From positions 85,066,001 through 85,130,000 of the forward strand of contig OZ076409.1 of NCBI GenBank assembly GCA_964187785.1: a DNA stretch of 64,000 nt. The letters are read 5' to 3'. This document shows positions 38,529-50,607 of the stretch, piece after piece (within the stretch, counting starts at the first letter, position 1; each line of letters opens with the position of its first letter). The notes under the pieces were generated by a model. The model had not been told where the DNA came from, did no database searches, and saw only the letters and a list, made by a program, of their open reading frames with translations. This DNA is from Amphiscolops sp. MND2022 (Eukaryota). Position numbers and translations under genes: made by a program.

Positions 38529-39683
38529 CTAAGAGAGTGCATTTCGCTCACGCCGTTCAGTTCCTGTAAGAGGCTTCCTTGAGGTCGAGGATGCCTTGAA
38601 GGTCCGATAACATTTCTGAGGGCCTTTACTTGGTTGCAATTGCTTTGTCACTTTCTGTGATTGTGTCAGTTTTAGCTGCATCTCATTTCGCGCTGAATCC
38701 ATGTCGTTTTTTAGGACTTGTTTGGCTCTAGCGGTTTCTTCTTCGAGTTTAGCAATTTCTAGTTCTTCCGCGATTATCCTCATGTCCATCTCCTCTTGTT
38801 TCTTTCGGATCTCGGCTTTGCGTCTTGCTGCAGCTAACTGCTCATCAATTTCATCTTGTTTCTTCATTGCTTCTAATTCTAGAAGAAGTATTCGTTTTGC
38901 AATTGATGACTTAGAACTAGCTGTTGTTCTGTTGCTCTTTGAGGTTGCTTTGACTGACCCTTTGTTGCTTTGTTCGGGTAACACTTTCACATCCCAGATT
39001 GATTTAATCACATCAGAGGGGTTGGATGCTCCAACAACGCGTCGTTCCTCTTCAGTTACCCTGCTTGATTGTGCCAGTGATTTCATTTCACTAGCTACTT
39101 CCAATGAGCAATTGCGTTTTGTCGGGTTGAAGCTACTTTGCTTGAGCTTCCTCGTTTGAGTGCATCTCATTGCCGCATTTGTGGAGGTTCCACTTGCCTC
39201 TTGGCGAAGTTTCGTTTTGTCTGTCTCATCGTTTGGACCCTTCATCAATGTCTTTACATCTGGGAACCAATAGCCCCAGCTGGCTTCTAACTCAGCAAAG
39301 AATTCTTTCCATTCAGTCACACTTCGACTGAGCTGTCTTTGCTTTTCTTTATTTGTAAGGTCCAACATAAGATCTACGTTATGCAACAATGCTTGTTTAT
39401 TCTCGCGATATTCGAAAACCCAATCGTTCAATTCTTCTTTGCGAAGAATAGCGCCTTGCTCGTCCAGCTTGTCATCCAACTCTTTAATCAGAGTCCGTAG
39501 TCTTCCAACTTGGGTGGCCACGGCGTCCACATAAAAGCGCCACACGTACCAGTCGGAATCATTTTCCAAATCTCTTGATCTGAGGTCCATCAGTTCTTGA
39601 CTCTGATTTGTGTTTCTTTGATCAAATACATTTGTCATTCGAGGATGTTGCACCTCGAGCATTTCTTTCTTTCTGGCTTTCAT
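38529..39683 (-). CDS. 384-aa coiled-coil-rich ORF of the non-autonomous element (gag N-terminal-like)
   Basis: Intact ORF with E/K/Q-rich helical segments and a Ser-rich SSKSSIAKR motif. No zinc knuckle seen. Confidence 0.6.
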   Translation of the reverse strand: MKARKKEMLEVQHPRMTNVFDQRNTNQSQELMDLRSRDLENDSDWYVWRFYVDAVATQVGRLRTLIKELDDKLDEQGAILRKEELNDWVFEYRENKQALLHNVDLMLDLTNKEKQRQLSRSVTEWKEFFAELEASWGYWFPDVKTLMKGPNDETDKTKLRQEASGTSTNAAMRCTQTRKLKQSSFNPTKRNCSLEVASEMKSLAQSSRVTEEERRVVGASNPSDVIKSIWDVKVLPEQSNKGSVKATSKSNRTTASSKSSIAKRILLLELEAMKKQDEIDEQLAAARRKAEIRKKQEEMDMRIIAEELEIAKLEEETARAKQVLKNDMDSARNEMQLKLTQSQKVTKQLQPSKGPQKCYRTFKASSTSRKPLTGTERRERNALS

Positions 39684-41838
39684 TTGTTCAGATTTCAGTT
39701 TGTCGTTTAACTGGGGGTTTTTTGACTACACAATAGTTTCTTGACGTCTTTGTCACTTTTCCCAAAAACAGCAATTTGATAGATCTGAGGTGTCAACTGC
39801 TCAACCCAGTAATCAATCGCCAATTCTTGAAGAATCAACCCAAAATGTCAATTATGCTTGCCTTCTTTGACGGATTTGATTGTTTCGGTGGACCTCGCCC
39901 AATGACTCGATCCTTTTGCTTTACTTGGTAGATATGCTTGCAGCGACGTCTTAGTTCAAACCTTTGCTTTCAATTAGGAATACGTTTCCCAAGGATACAA
40001 CTCGTCCCAAACTGGAATTGAAGCACACTTGCCTCCAGAGTGCTGCTAAAGCCCAACTCCCAGAGTACACAACCAATCCAGTTCCAAATCGCCCAATAGT
40101 CCAATATCAAAGCCCCAGTGTACACTTTCCCAGAGTTCCAGTCACCAACTGTAGACCCAGTCTCCACAGTTCTCGTTCGTCGTGAATAGTCGTCTCAGCT
40201 ACTTGTCGCGATTCCGTTCGAATGCGACGACTCTTGCAATACTTTTCGATTGCTGTGCGAACAGGATCACCTGCTGCCACTTCTAGGTTTGGAAGGTCCC
40301 TACGAATAGGCTTGTCCTCCCAGCTCTCTGGTTTGCCACAGAAACCAGCACGGAAGCTCTTCCAAGCTTCGTGTCACTTGAACAGATAGATGTTGTGCCA
40401 CCCGTTTGATGACTCTAACTGCTCACGTGTCTTCCACCACGAATGCAATCCACCCACGATGAAGACGACGTTCCTCTTGTAGTGTCCACCCAGACTGATG
40501 TCCACTCGAACTGTTGATGTCCGCCCAATGTGTTGATGTCCGCCCAATGTGATGTCCGCCCAATGATGACGTCCGGGTCGGCGGACCAAATGTAACGGCT
40601 GCTTGATCACTTCAATTGACCAAACTTTACGCCGCCCTGAATTCGGTGCTCGGCACTGCGGATCGTTACCGAACACTGCTTGCTTCTTAGATTAAAAGGA
40701 CTGTATCTTGACTTAGTAGGATCCAATGATCCCGAATTGCACTTCTTCCTTGTCTCTTAACACGTCCAACTCTCCACAAGTTGAGAGTAACTAACTTAGT
40801 CGCCCTAAGTCTTTGGCGAAAAGTCGAAAAGAGGTGAAGAAATGAATTGAGAATTGAAATGGTCCTAAGACCCAACTTGAATACAGCGTTCCAATCAATT
40901 TGTGCCTATCTGGTTATGGTATACATATCGTTTACAATTATTCGATAAATATGAGTTGAAATATGAAGTATATATAAGTGACATTTAAGTGAATTAATAA
41001 AGTTATTGGCTATGTAAACAAACCATAGTGTGGGTATAGCATGTTGGTTAGGTGGGCTTTAAAGCATGTTTACACAATGTAAATATCAGTAATTTCAACA
41101 GAGTTACATTCTAATGTGGTCATATAGGTAAATAACAAAGTTTACAGTATTGGCATAATGACCTTGAATATCACACATGTGAGGGGTAAAGGAGGTTATA
41201 ATGGGGGAATGACCTTGAAACTTGGCTGGTGAGTTCGTGTTTAGTCCTTGCATATGTGTGCCAAGTTTCATGGCTCTATGAATAGTAGTCTTCGAGAAAA
41301 CCCATTTGGGGGGGGTTTAAAGATTTGTGATGATTGGATTTTCTTCAAATTTTCATCTAAGTTTTTTAGAGTTTAAGTCTTGTTTCTCAATCAGCATGTT
41401 CTGAATCGATTTTCATTGCCTGCGGATGACTGGCGCCAACACCCGTTACTATTAGCAATCAAAGACTAGGACCGGTTGGACAGTATTCGTCGAAGCACCC
41501 ACGGCCCCGGGACGTATTTCACCCCTGGAGGCAAAATGGATCTGTGGCGATGGGCGCCTGTCCCGAGCGATTCACCCATTCCTGCAGGTTCCTCCACCTC
41601 TGTTAACGCGTTAAGCGACCGATAACTGCTTGCCGTTACATGTCATAATCTCTTTCGGTTAGAATTGGTTCGGATAAGCCATCTCTGATATTAGGAATGA
41701 GATTTTCTGCTTCTTTGCTCGTTTTAGGCCATTTTGAAGCCATTTTACCAATTCGAGTACCTCCGGTATTCCTGTCTAGTCCTGCGGACTGAAGGTCCAC
41801 TTTTGTCCTAAGTCCCTCCCTTAGGTCACCAGTGCTAC

Positions 41839-44800
41839 TGTATTGGCTGCTTTCCCTTATCGTGCGCTGAAGCGTGACAAGCTTTACGTCACCCTGATCC
41901 GTTGCTCAGTACTGTGGACCGTTATTAAACAAATCCTAGTTTTCTTGTTTTAAAGGACTGTATCGTTAGACTGGTGGGTCCGTTGTTACCCGTAGGATTT
42001 CCTGTGATCCCTGTTGACACTTATCTGGAACTGCTGAGACCTGTCACACACTTCCCTCACTGTATCTCCACGGCTCTCCGGCTCTCCAACTATGAGAAGA
42101 GCTACTTAGTGATCTACATAAAGAATGAGAAGTTGATTATTTAGTCTCTCGGTCCTAAGACCCAACTTGACTATAGCTATTCAGTAGTGGAAATATTTAA
42201 CTATTAATGGTGTGAAACTGGTTTACAATTCTAGAGTAAATATAGGTCGAAATATGTGGTATAAATATATGACATTTAGGTGAATTATTAAAGATATTGG
42301 CTATGAAAACAAATCACATGATGGGCCTTGAACACTGGTTAGTGGTCTCATAAGCATGTTTACCCAAGGTAAATATCATTAACTTCAACAGAGTTACGTT
42401 CTAAAGTGGTTGTTTGTGTAAATAGCAAGGTTTACATATTGGCTCAAATGACCTTGAATACCACACATGTGATAGGTAAAGGGGGTTGTAAAGGGTGAAT
42501 GACCTTGAAACGTAGTCGGTCTGTTTGCGTTAGGCCCTTGCATATGTGTACCAAGTTTCAAGTCTCTATGATTAGTAGTTGTTGAGAAAACCCAGACTAG
42601 TTGGTTTTTCGATTTTGTGATGGTAGAGGTTTCACTAAAATCTCATCAAAGTTTTAACAGTTTAAGTTTTTGTTTCTCAGCCAGCATGTTCCAAATTGAC
42701 ATTCTATGCTCGCTGATGACTGGCGCCAACATTGCTAACGCTATTTTTCTCCCGAAAAACACTTTCATAGAATAGGGGTGCCAGTTTCACTACTAGTCTT
42801 TTGAGTTTTTCATCTTCTGCTTTCACCAGCGCCGATCTCACTCGCCCATCGCTTCCATGATAGACCTCCAACACTCTACCAATCTTGTTGTGTGTTCTTT
42901 CCACATTTTCATCAATTATCCAAACAAATCATTGAGTTTCAGATGCCTAACTTCTTCTTGCTCCGTTTTGATCTCTCATTCCCATTCCACTGAGGTAACT
43001 ATTCTCTATTTCATCTGCTCCAGTTCATGTCTGCAGATGCTTGTGATACTCTGGTTACTCTGCACAGAACTGTATATCGCTGAGCGTCAGGAGTGAATGG
43101 AGTTGCTGGACTAGCGCATCCTAGCAGGAAGTCGATTTGGTCAAAGCTTCCAAATCTCCAGGATTGGCACTGACACTAGTCAGAGGTCTCGAATTCAATA
43201 TCTACTCGACTAGACAGATAGTTGTGGATAGTACATCATCTGTTAATGTTCTGTTCCCCACTATTGCCATCATTGCTCATGCTGCGCCCATCAAAATCCT
43301 TTCATGATAACATAAATTGATATTGGGTTTCGCTCTTCTCGCGATAAATCTCGTAATTGCAGCAAGACATGCGTCGGCTTCCAGGCTGGGACTTCAACAT
43401 GTAAAATTCTTGTTGTCAAACATGTGAATAGACAACACAAGCGTTTCATTGATTTCCTCAAGAATCTCACTTCGAATGGTCCAAAGTAATCTACTCCAGT
43501 ATTGGCAGAAGGGAATACTCTATCCCCCAATCTTTCTGGGAAGATCTGCAATGAAAGGTTGAACTCCCCCAACTTGTTGTTTTCGGCACTTGACACACTG
43601 TTTCTTCACATTTCTGAGAGCGATTCAGAGTCTATTTATCCAATAAGTTTGCTGCAAAATACTGCGAACGTACAATGTTCCTTCGTGGTAGTTACTTTCG
43701 TGAGCATCTTCAAACAATTTTCTCACTATTGGAAGCTTCGCAGATAGCAAAATTGGGTGTTTCATATCATAACTCGCCTCAGCGTGACGAAGTCGTCCTC
43801 GTAATTACATCAGTTTTTGATCGTCACAAATGGCGATAAATCGTTCAAGTGATCGGAAGCTGCCATGGGTTTACAAGTAATCAATGCTTGATAAGTTGGA
43901 CCAAATCAATCCATCCGGCTTTTCCGCAGTAGCATCCGGGTTACTTTCTTCAATTCTTATGTCATCACTATTTTTCCTTTGATTTTTGATTGAAACCGAA
44001 GGCAGTAGGCGAAGATGCGCGTCTTTTTCTGAATGAACCGAACTTCTCCCATTCAATGTCTTTTTCTTCTGACACGACTTCAAAGGCTTGTTCTGTCACC
44101 CGTTTTTTGTTGAAACAACTGTGATGAAATTTGTGGCTGAGGCATCTTCCGTTTCTCGAAGCCATGCGGGCCCTGTGGATCATTCAGTCTTTTCTTGTTC
44201 CCGAACAGATTTACTTCTTGTTCCGATGTCGGTAGCGTTCAAGGTCCTTCGACATGTCTCCACTGATCGATGTTTGAATTATCAAGAATTTCAGCGGAAC
44301 TGTTTGCAACAAATACCGGTTGGCTCTTGCCAGCACCATGCAACCATTGTAAAACAGTGGTTGAATCCGTTCAAAAGAATATAAGTTCAATTTCAGTATC
44401 GTGTTCGTCAATGATCAATTGTTTCAATCTAGTCCCATACATATCTGCTTGTAGCTCTAGCTGGGGAAATGATTGCTGCTCCATTGGCGCTACTCGACAT
44501 TTACCTACAACATAGGCTAGCTCTCAAGTTTGCTGATCTCGAAAGTAGGGAACTATGCACATGGCATCCAAGGTTGCATCGGCGAAAACATGCAAGTCTA
44601 CTACTTCAGCAGTTTTCGATGATTAATTTCGTTTAAAGGACAACTCCTTCGTGTGACTCAGCTCCGATGCCCAATCCTTGAAGGCTTTCTCGTCTTCTGG
44701 AGGTAACTCTTCGTCCCACGATTGCCCCTGCTTCTTCCAAATTCCTTTGAGCAACAATCTCATACTCACTGTGAAGGAGAAAAACAAACCCAACGGATCA

Positions 44801-46385
44801 AAAGCAGAGGATAGTTGTGATAGAACAATTCCCTTATTGACCTTGGCAGGCACATCTTTCCCCGTACCGTGGGAGATATGAAGACCATCTGACTTCACAT
44901 TGAAGATAGAGGGTGCCAAGTTTTCAGCTTCGAATGTTTTACTCAGCGCTACTGATCTGTCTTCAGGAGATATTTCTCCCATCACTTTTTCGGAGTTGTA
45001 TATCCATTTCGTTAGTTGAAAACCACTATCCGCTAAGGCCTTTCACAGGTTCCTGTACACATCCATACCTTCTTCCTCTGAAGCTACTGACTTCACAAAA
45101 TCTTCCAAATAGAAGGTTCTGTTGATCAACTTAGCGACCATCCCGTTTTCATCCTTGCAGTCTCGTCCGACTTGTTGCAGAGCATAGTTGACACATCTTG
45201 ACGAACTTTTAGCTCCAAAAATATGTCTTCCATATTCGTACACAGAGGTTTGTTTGGTGTTGTTTTCTCTCCATAGAACTCTGATTACTTTCCAATCTGC
45301 AGGTGGTAATTCCACTTGGAAAGACATCGCTTCGACGTCTGCTGTCAAAGCAATTTGCTTTTCCCTGAATCTGAAGATCGTTCTTATGAGCGATTTTAGG
45401 AGGTCTGGACCAGCCATCAAATTCTCGTTTAGGTTAGGTGAAACACTTCCGAGCTTTGAGGCAGCATTGCATGCTCGTCTCACGTTTTCTGGCCTATTCG
45501 GGGGACGCGGAACGTACTGCCGAAGGTCTGATTTAGTGTTTTCAATCTCTGCTTACAAATTTCTTTTGTACATCCACATCAATTGTCTTTTTGTAGCGTT
45601 GTTTCAAGTTCTCATTTTTTTCAAACCGGCGCTCGAGAGCTTTCAATTGACTCACTGCTGAACTGTAGTTGTTTGGTAAATGCGGCTAAGCATTTTTCCA
45701 AAGTTGCCCGACTTCATACCACTCTCCGTCAAATTTCGTGTTGCCTTGAGCATTTAAAAGGCTTGCTCATCCTCTTTGTACTTCCCGGATACGATGCAGT
45801 TGGAAGCATTCCATGCTCTAGCAAGACCACTAGATCCGCTAATGGGTCCACTTCCGCTGCAACTAGATTTTCAGTTGCTAGTTTCGCAGGCTCTTGTTGA
45901 GACAAGGGTCCACTGAGCATCCATCCCAGCTTCGTTCGCATTGCCCAGGGCTTTGCGTTTCCACACTTTCTTTTTTCGGTTGCCTTATGCAAGTGATAAT
46001 AATGTTGTCCCAGGACAACTTTGACATCTCCCAAGTTGATGGTTGAGTGTTTCAAAACTGACAGGTGAAGATATGTTTCCTTCAATTTCTTGACGTTGTA
46101 CGTTCGATTTCCTGCATTCACGTTGGGATGACTATAGGCCATGATATCTTCATTGACCTTTCCGTCTTGAGATCTCCAATAATGACTCGAAGTCGTTTGC
46201 TACTAATATCTGACGTTCCACGAATCCCTGCAACATTCAAATCCACAGGCTGCCCCGTCAGATTCAACACTTTCTTCAAACTCTTTTCTACAAACGATAG
46301 ACTAGCTCCAGAGTCGCACAAAGAGAATGTTTTCAGTGTTTTGCTCCCAATCCCTATCGTTACTGGAATGACTGGAGGCACAATC
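41839..46385 (-). mobile_element. 5'-truncated, degenerate BEL/Pao element (3' LTR 41839-42731 plus pol relic)
   Basis: LTR TGTATTGGCTGC...GGCGCCAACA is homologous to the 35346 LTR. Pol fragments: LCDSGAS (protease), LMAGPDLL...FRFRE...ALTADVEAM and FYLEDF (RT), AFDPLGL, TGVDYFGPF (integrase). Many stops. Confidence 0.9.
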
Positions 46386-46389
46386 TAAG

Positions 46390-47800
46390 AAAGACAACCT
46401 AGAGGACATTTTCAGTACGTTCAAACGTAACTTTATATATTTTTAAAAAATCTCACAAGAATCCTTTAAATCAAAGGCGCAACAGTTCGTTGACAAAGCG
46501 ATTTACGCCAAAATGCCTCATCACATCAAGAAGATCTCAATCGCACATACCTCGAAGTCAAATCATACAAAGATATCGTACTACACGTGGAACGAGAACT
46601 GCGACTAGTGTTTTCAACAAGAAAGAAAGACATACCAATCAAAAAAGTAATATTTCTACTGTAGCAAAGAAGACCATACCGAAGCTCAATGTTGGGCCTG
46701 AAACAAAATAAATGCCTGAAAACAAATAATGGTACGACAACTAGACGACACCACAACGTTGAAACCCAATTGCTAAAAATGCGTCAGGTCTCATAAAACA
46801 AGAGATATATGGAATAGAGTAAATGTCGCGAATGACGCACAAACCGACAAGCACACCAGCAACCGGAGATTTAAAAACACTAGAATGGCTGCACGCGCTA
46901 TTCAGAGAGACTGTGGACGTGAGGGTATAGACGATAGAGGATCCTCCCATCGAATTTTTGAAACGCCACCCGCTAGGAAATACGCAAGAAAGAATAACGT
47001 CAAAAACCAAAATTTCTATCGCATCTACGACTCCCGTTATATATCTTTAACAAGCCGGGACTGGCCAAAGACGGCGCCATATCCAAGGCTCAAAAATAGC
47101 AAAAGGACTTCCAAGTGTCAATTTACAGTTCTCGAAAATCGAAAAACAAAAAAATGAACAGAGTGGCGCGCCGGGGCTCGCTAGCACCAGCCCCTGGCGC
47201 GCTAAAAAAAGGGGGGACACTTCCGAAATTGTCAACATTTTTGTCGCAGTTGAAGGGGGACCCTTTGGGATTTTTAAACACCCATTCTGTTGTAAAATAT
47301 CAAAGGAACTGAAGGAGAGACCCTTTGGAGAGATTTTTTTCCCGAAAAAAGTCTCGCAGTGCCGAAGAAAAATTGAAAAGGGGGACCTTTTGGTCTCGCC
47401 CGGTATGGTATGTTACGCGGGAAAACAGGAAAAACCTTTTTGGTTCTGTTCGGTAGGGCAAATGATGCAATTTGGTGCAATAATTTTTTGTGGAACTTTT
47501 GATAACTATTTTGGTCAGTTCGTGTGGATTGAAAAAAAGAGTCACTATAATAGTCGCGTTTCACTTCATGAAGCGCCGACTAAAAAGATGTCAACAGCTC
47601 CTCGGACAACAAAGAAGACAAGAGAGACAGCTTTACAACTACACATCCTACCACAAATTCACGAAACCTGAAAACGATAGATTTCGCCTGCACCATCAAT
47701 GACAATATAAACCCAGCCAATGCAGAGGATACGTTACCCAAATCCAAAAACATTACCGCACCAATGACTTCCTTCAAACAAACAAAAGGGGATGACAACC
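46390..47800 (+). pseudogene. Heavily deleted Ty3/Gypsy relic (gag and integrase-tail traces), interrupted by a HINE
   Basis: DNLEDIFSTFKR and AQQFVDKAIYAKMPHHIKK resemble TTLEDILVVFRR and IESLLYAKMPPHLKR of the neighbouring Gypsy gag. Boundaries approximate. Confidence 0.55.
47049..47581 (-). mobile_element. DINE-1/HINE-like element, copy 3
   Basis: AACAAGCCGGGACTGGCC...CACTTCATGAAGCGCCGACT; collinear with 14228-14828. Confidence 0.75.
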
Positions 47801-48479
47801 TTCTATTTTAACATCAACGATCCTACTCAAGGCTAAGAAAATGATGGTGTAGTTACTGAAAAACCTGAAAAACCGTCTTATTGAATTGCCGAGTTCAACA
47901 TTTCATCATCATGTTGGTTGAACTTCGGTGTCAAAAAAGCATTACAACGTCTATACTAAAGGTGAAAAAGCAAAACCTTGACTTGACGTATCATGCCGTT
48001 GAAGTTGTTCCAATGATTGTTCCATAGATGCCATAGTGGGCGATGAAAACGACTTTAACCTGGAGGATCATTAAAAGTCGAATGCGAAGAACGCGAGCAA
48101 CAACTTAATCTTGATGATTTTCGCAGAAGATAACCATGACTCGATAAACTCCAGTCCACCAGCTGTGGGAAAAGCCGCTCTCACCCAGTTCGAAGATGAA
48201 GGATTCATTCTATCAATTTCAAACCAGACAAGGCAAACTCCTTGCCATTATGAGTCACTAAACGTCTCTTCAGCAAGCGCAAAATAAAATGAGGACCTAA
48301 GCTCAAAAATCGCCGAATAACTTAGACAGAAAAGCCCAGGAATCGTCCTCACCGTCAGGATAGGGACAGCTCTTCCTAATGTGTACGAGTTGCAAATGTC
48401 TCTTTTCGCTCCAGTCAATCCCTCACCTACTTTTCGTCCCATAACAGTGGCCCTGTCCTGGCCCTGTACAAAAATCCTT

Positions 48480-48923
48480 TGGTTTCCTCGTGACAACCTA
48501 TTTATCTCATTGCTAGAATCAATCTCTCCTGAGTTTTGGCCATTTCCGAGAAACCGCCTGATTTCATTCTCTCCCGAATTAGAATGGGAGTTTGTATTAT
48601 GATCCACTAATGCGACATAACTAGGAATTTCAGGCCTACTAGCCGAGTTTCCAAATTCACTATCTTCTCTTTCAGAGTGATTGCTGCCTTGCATTATATC
48701 CAAATTTTCTACGTCGGGCAGCATTTCTGCTTCTCTAGATTTTCTAGATTTGATTTCCTGCTTTCTTGTAGTAGGCATGAAGAAAATGCGATTGTGAATG
48801 TTTTAATTATTCTATCAGAAAATTGTAGTTTGAATTAAGTTTGAACAACAAAACGGTTCGGCAAATTGTGTCCTCCCCAGGAGATTTACTGGTATACATA
48901 GTCCGGAGGGAAAGACATTCACA
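48480..48923 (-). mobile_element. Probable Gypsy LTR/gag-start relic
   Basis: Minus strand ACAGGAG|TGTGAATG (purine run, then a TG start), followed by ORF MPTTRKQEIKSRKSREAEML..., a basic N-terminus reminiscent of the LTR-encoded gag start at 50043. Confidence 0.35.
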
Positions 48924-49101
48924 CTCCTGTATGTCAAAAATCAACGTACTATCTAAGAAAAGGTCATATGATCATTTACTACTGCATTCCTGGAAAGGCA
49001 GTTGGTCATCAACAATTGAAAGCATCAAGGTGTCGGAATAATGTAAATACTTACAACACAGCATTTCAAAGGAATTTCCATATGAAACATCACATTAGTG
49101 C

Positions 49102-50607
49102 TGTCACAGCCTAGAGCTTGTGCTGGACCCGTGGAGCAGCGATAGAGGCAAATGACCTGGCCATCCGTTATTTCAAACTGGAGGAAACTCATTACTTCTT
49201 GAAGCTTGTTTTACATGCATTCATATATGACTCTTATACACCAGCATCATTTAAATTTGCTTGTCTTTATATTTAACTGTGCTCGCAAATTATTACCCAT
49301 TCATAAACAATTCACTAAATGTTACAAGGTATTGACATATTTGATGTATAATACCGCTCAACATGATTTGTAGTGAAATGAATAAATTATACGTGATTTG
49401 TATGATGCATTAGTACGTATGGACTTTGACATTTGAATTAATCCACCGTACTAAGTTTGCAGCATATTGCAGTACAATATTGCATTTTTCAACTTTTCGA
49501 TTATAACTTTTAGAGGTATGACTCATTGCGTTGACTTAATCATACGTGCTACATTATGTTGAAACCAATATTTGCATTACATATGAGTCATACTACGGTT
49601 TGTAACATTCTTCCCATTAACGATAAACGGATTGATGCAGTTTGCGTGTTAACCAATCATAGAGAATTATTCGTCATGCAAGATACTATTAATAGATAAT
49701 TGTGTCATGTAAGAATCTATTTATATAATTTTGGAAAATAATGGAGTGCTATTTTTAGCCATTACATAAAATGATGTAATGATGATTTCCTAAAAATTGG
49801 CTGTCATGCTGCTAAATATAGCCCAAATTAAAAAGGAGGGTAAGGAACCCGATAATATTCATTCGACAGAAAAACTCCCAGACTGATCAGACCTCTCTTT
49901 TTATCTTCACAATCTTTGTTTTCAACTTCAATAATTCAACGTTATGCACATTTTCTTCAATCTCATTTCAACCCAATTTCACTTTGTTACTCAAACTTAA
50001 TTAAAATTCTTCTCTCCAACATTGCATTTTAATCTGGCCAAGATGGGAAACAAGAGAAATAGGAGATCTAGACAAGGACAATCACCCTCACTTGAGAGAG
50101 AGTTGAGTGCATCAGAAATAGAGACATCACAAGGTAATGAAACTGTTATTGAGACTTTAAGTAATTTTGAAAATGTTAGTTCAGTTAGGGACGAAGAAAT
50201 AGCCCTAGACAGCGGAACACAAAATGAAAACGAAATGGAAATTTGGACCCAAAGAATAACAGATAAAACGAACAAAGAAGTAACAAACTTGAGAAAAGAA
50301 ATGGATGAAAAATTAGAGAAAATACTAAAAGAGATGAAAAATAACAGAAGAACACAATCCGTACCAAACAGAAGATATCGAGAACAAAACACTCCCAGAG
50401 CAGGAACCTCAAAACACATAAGTAATGAAGACGGTGAAGAAAACGCATCTGGACCAGAAAATCAAGAATGCGAGATACAGGGTAATCCTTTTAGGCCATC
50501 TAATTTAAACGAACTAAGAACGCCAATGCAACCTTTGAGCATACAAAACATCGATTTAAATGACTCTGTGGTCATTAATGAAGACCGTACACAAGAGGAA
50601 TATCACA
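49102..50607 (+). repeat. 5' LTR (inferred) of Gypsy element
   Basis: Starts TGTCACAG at the homology boundary. The end is inferred from TCACA|TGGTGACAGG (PBS). It may be 5'-truncated if the true 3' LTR begins at 61800. Confidence 0.7.

Larger units (their letters stand above)
35346..41441 (-). mobile_element. Non-autonomous BEL/Pao-derived LTR element, recent insertion
   Basis: LTRs at 35346-36198 and 40591-41441 are nearly identical. TSD CCCGT (35341-35345 and 41442-41446). Minus-strand PBS TGGTCCGCCGACCCGGA (40588-40572). LTR and ORF end are homologous to the BEL relic at 41839. Confidence 0.93.
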
